From: Gemmatales bacterium
Lineage (GTDB): Bacteria; Planctomycetota; Planctomycetia; Gemmatales; HRBIN36
NCBI GenBank assembly: GCA_041640595.1
Contig: JBEPZY010000003.1
Location: forward strand, 572,342-636,341
DNA: 64,000 bases
Reading direction: 5' to 3'
Position 1 is the stretch's first letter. Every line of letters begins with the position of its first letter. Positions 61,863 to 64,000 of the stretch are shown here, piece after piece. Made by a program: the position numbers and the translations under genes. The notes below the pieces were generated by a model. The model had not been told where the DNA came from, searched no databases, and was given only the letters and a program-made list of their open reading frames with translations.

Positions 61863-63086
61863 ATGAAGTATGCGATCATCATTCCGGATGGTGCCGCGGA
61901 TGAGCCTCAGGCCGAATTAGGCGGTCGCACGCCATTGCAGGCGGCTCGTAAACCGAATCTCGATCGGCTGGCGCAGATGGGGCGATTAGGCCTCTCCAAC
62001 AACGTGCCGGATCAGTTTACACCCGCCAGCGATGTGGCGACGCTTAGCCTTTTCGGTTACGATCCAGTGCGTTACTATACCGGTCGAGCTCCTCTGGAAG
62101 CTGCCGCTCAGGGAATATCGCTTGGTCCTCATGACTGGGCTATACGTTGTAATCTCGTTTACGTGGAAAATGAAGAGATGCGCGACTTTACTGCCGGGCA
62201 TATTAGTTCGGAAGAAGCGCGGGAATTAATGGCCACCTTACAGCAAGCATTAGGCACCGCGAGCTGGCAATTTATCCCTGGCGTAAGCTACCGTAATCTG
62301 CTTATCTATCGAGGCAGTGAGAAGCCTCTTTTCGGGCCGGATACTAAGACTCAACCACCTCACGATATTCCTGACCGACCGATTGCCGGCTATCTTCCCA
62401 CAGGACCGGGAAGCGAATGGTTGCGCGATCTAATGACGCGCAGCCGTGAGGTGCTCCGCGATCATCCGGTCAATGCCCGACGCCGACAATCAGGCAAGCG
62501 TCCAGCTACGCAAATCTGGCTGTGGGGATTAGGTCAGGCACCGTCTCTAACACCGTTCCAGCAACTGTACGGGAAACGCGGAGCCATTATCACCGCCGTG
62601 GATTTAGTGCGCGGTGTGGGCGTTTTGCTCGGCTGGAAACGTATAGATGTTCCGGGAGCCACTGGATATATAGATACCGATTACGCAGCCAAGGGAAGAT
62701 TCGCAGTATCGGCTCTGGCTGATTATGACTTAGTCTGTGTCCATATCGAAGCACCGGATGAGGCTTCCCATGAGGGGAAGGCAGACGTCAAGGTATGGAC
62801 AATCGAGCAAATAGATGAACATATTGTCGGCCCAATCGCTGAAGCGCTGGCGCAATACCCATCCTGGAGAATCTGGGTTTCTCCTGACCACCGCACCACT
62901 TTACGAACGCGAGCCCATGCTCGAGGATTCGTGCCCTGGGTTATGGCAGGCACTAATATTTCAGCGGAAGGATTTAGAAGCTACGATGAAAGCGAAGCAG
63001 AAAAAACACGCTGGCGCTTCGATCAAGGGTGGCAAGTGATGCGAAAGTTCCTGGGACAGGAGAGCGACCATGAAACTCCTTTATGA
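61863..63086 (+). CDS. apgM: Cofactor-independent phosphoglycerate mutase (archaeal ApgM type)
   Basis: PDGAADEP, SDVATLSLFGYDP, GRAPLEAA, HIEAPDEASH and PDH. Confidence 0.88.
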   Translation: MKYAIIIPDGAADEPQAELGGRTPLQAARKPNLDRLAQMGRLGLSNNVPDQFTPASDVATLSLFGYDPVRYYTGRAPLEAAAQGISLGPHDWAIRCNLVYVENEEMRDFTAGHISSEEARELMATLQQALGTASWQFIPGVSYRNLLIYRGSEKPLFGPDTKTQPPHDIPDRPIAGYLPTGPGSEWLRDLMTRSREVLRDHPVNARRRQSGKRPATQIWLWGLGQAPSLTPFQQLYGKRGAIITAVDLVRGVGVLLGWKRIDVPGATGYIDTDYAAKGRFAVSALADYDLVCVHIEAPDEASHEGKADVKVWTIEQIDEHIVGPIAEALAQYPSWRIWVSPDHRTTLRTRAHARGFVPWVMAGTNISAEGFRSYDESEAEKTRWRFDQGWQVMRKFLGQESDHETPL

Positions 63087-63891
63087 TCAGATTCAGGAGG
63101 CGGTAGCTGCAATCCGGAATCAATGGCCTGGCCAGCCCCGCTTCGGTATTATTCTCGGCACCGGTCTGGGCGGCGTAACTCAGGAAGTGGAAGCAGAAGT
63201 GGTTTTGCCTTACGAAACGATCCCTTATTTTCCGCGTGCCACCAGTATTAGTCACGCCGGCAACCTGATCTGCGGGTACTGGCAGGGGCGTTGCGTTGTA
63301 CTCATGGAAGGACGGTTCCACTATTATGAAGGTTATACGATGCAGCAGATTACTTTTCCGGTGCGGGTGATGCGTGCCCTGGGTTGCGAAATCCTTATTG
63401 TTACCAATGCCTGCGGTGGCCTGAATCCGCAATGGCAAAAAGGTGACTTAGTCTTGATCGAAGACCATATCAATCTCATGGGCGATAACCCCTTAATTGG
63501 CCCGAATGATGACCGACTGGGGCCACGGTTTCCGGACATGTGCTACGCCTACGACCGGGAGTTATTAGCCCTGGCTGAACGAATCGCCTTAGAAGAACAG
63601 ATTCGGGCCCATCGCGGAGTGTATGTAGCCCTGACAGGGCCGAACTTAGAAACGCGAGCGGAATATAGGTTCCTGAGGATTATCGGTGCCGATGTGGTCG
63701 GCATGTCCACGGTGCCGGAGGTGATCGTGGCCGTGCATTGTGGCCTGCGCAGTCTCGGAATTTCCGTCATAACCGATATGTGCCTGCCGGATGCCTTGCA
63801 GCCGGTTTCGGTGGCGGAAATTCTTGCCACCGCAGCCCAGGCGGAAAAACCTTTACGCACCTTGATTCGGCGGGTGGTTGCGGAAGCCTGA
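63070..63891 (+). CDS. punA: Purine nucleoside phosphorylase (trimeric type)
   Basis: IILGTGLG, GRFHYYEG, TNACGG, GPNLET and VGMSTVPE. Confidence 0.93.
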   Translation: MKLLYDQIQEAVAAIRNQWPGQPRFGIILGTGLGGVTQEVEAEVVLPYETIPYFPRATSISHAGNLICGYWQGRCVVLMEGRFHYYEGYTMQQITFPVRVMRALGCEILIVTNACGGLNPQWQKGDLVLIEDHINLMGDNPLIGPNDDRLGPRFPDMCYAYDRELLALAERIALEEQIRAHRGVYVALTGPNLETRAEYRFLRIIGADVVGMSTVPEVIVAVHCGLRSLGISVITDMCLPDALQPVSVAEILATAAQAEKPLRTLIRRVVAEA

Positions 63892-64000
63892 GCCGGAACC
63901 TAGACCAGCAGCGATGTCCTGATCGGCCTGGCCAGAATTGTGACCAGATTGGGCAATCTAATTCTCATCAGCACATTCGAGAAAATCATCTAAGCATCTG

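Overview
GC-rich bacterial chromosome segment, most likely Planctomycetota. This is inferred from a Ser/Thr kinase-WD40 fusion, two sulfatases and an N-terminal LRVEMLEDR planctomycete export-like motif. Most of the window is housekeeping or ordinary accessory content: a MacAB-type ABC exporter, a DUF2281/PIN toxin-antitoxin pair, folC, a hybrid sensor kinase with a REC-antisigma regulator, a Tad/Flp pilus cluster (about 19.1-32.2 kb), nitrilase, tsaB, aminotransferases, rsmA, purQ, a carboxyltransferase with split atuA, apgM and a purine nucleoside phosphorylase. Two regions stand out. (1) An island at about 37.4-45.7 kb is built like a polymorphic toxin system. An Ig-repeat protein with the export-like motif ends in a Cys-His-Asp transglutaminase-like domain and is followed by a lipoprotein gene. 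Next comes a headless Ig-repeat plus GxSxG hydrolase module, followed by a secreted HEAT-like protein gene. Both modules share a 75-bp repeat that carries an in-frame TAA insertion at the same position of an Ig repeat. A candidate structured ncRNA and short repeats flank the island. (2) Two REP/BIME-like palindrome arrays (34.4-35.0 kb and 52.3-54.4 kb) are built from three covarying hairpin variants and reused linkers that follow a strict grammar. No rRNA, tRNA, cas gene or transposase was recognised. All family calls come from motif recognition by eye, not from database searches.
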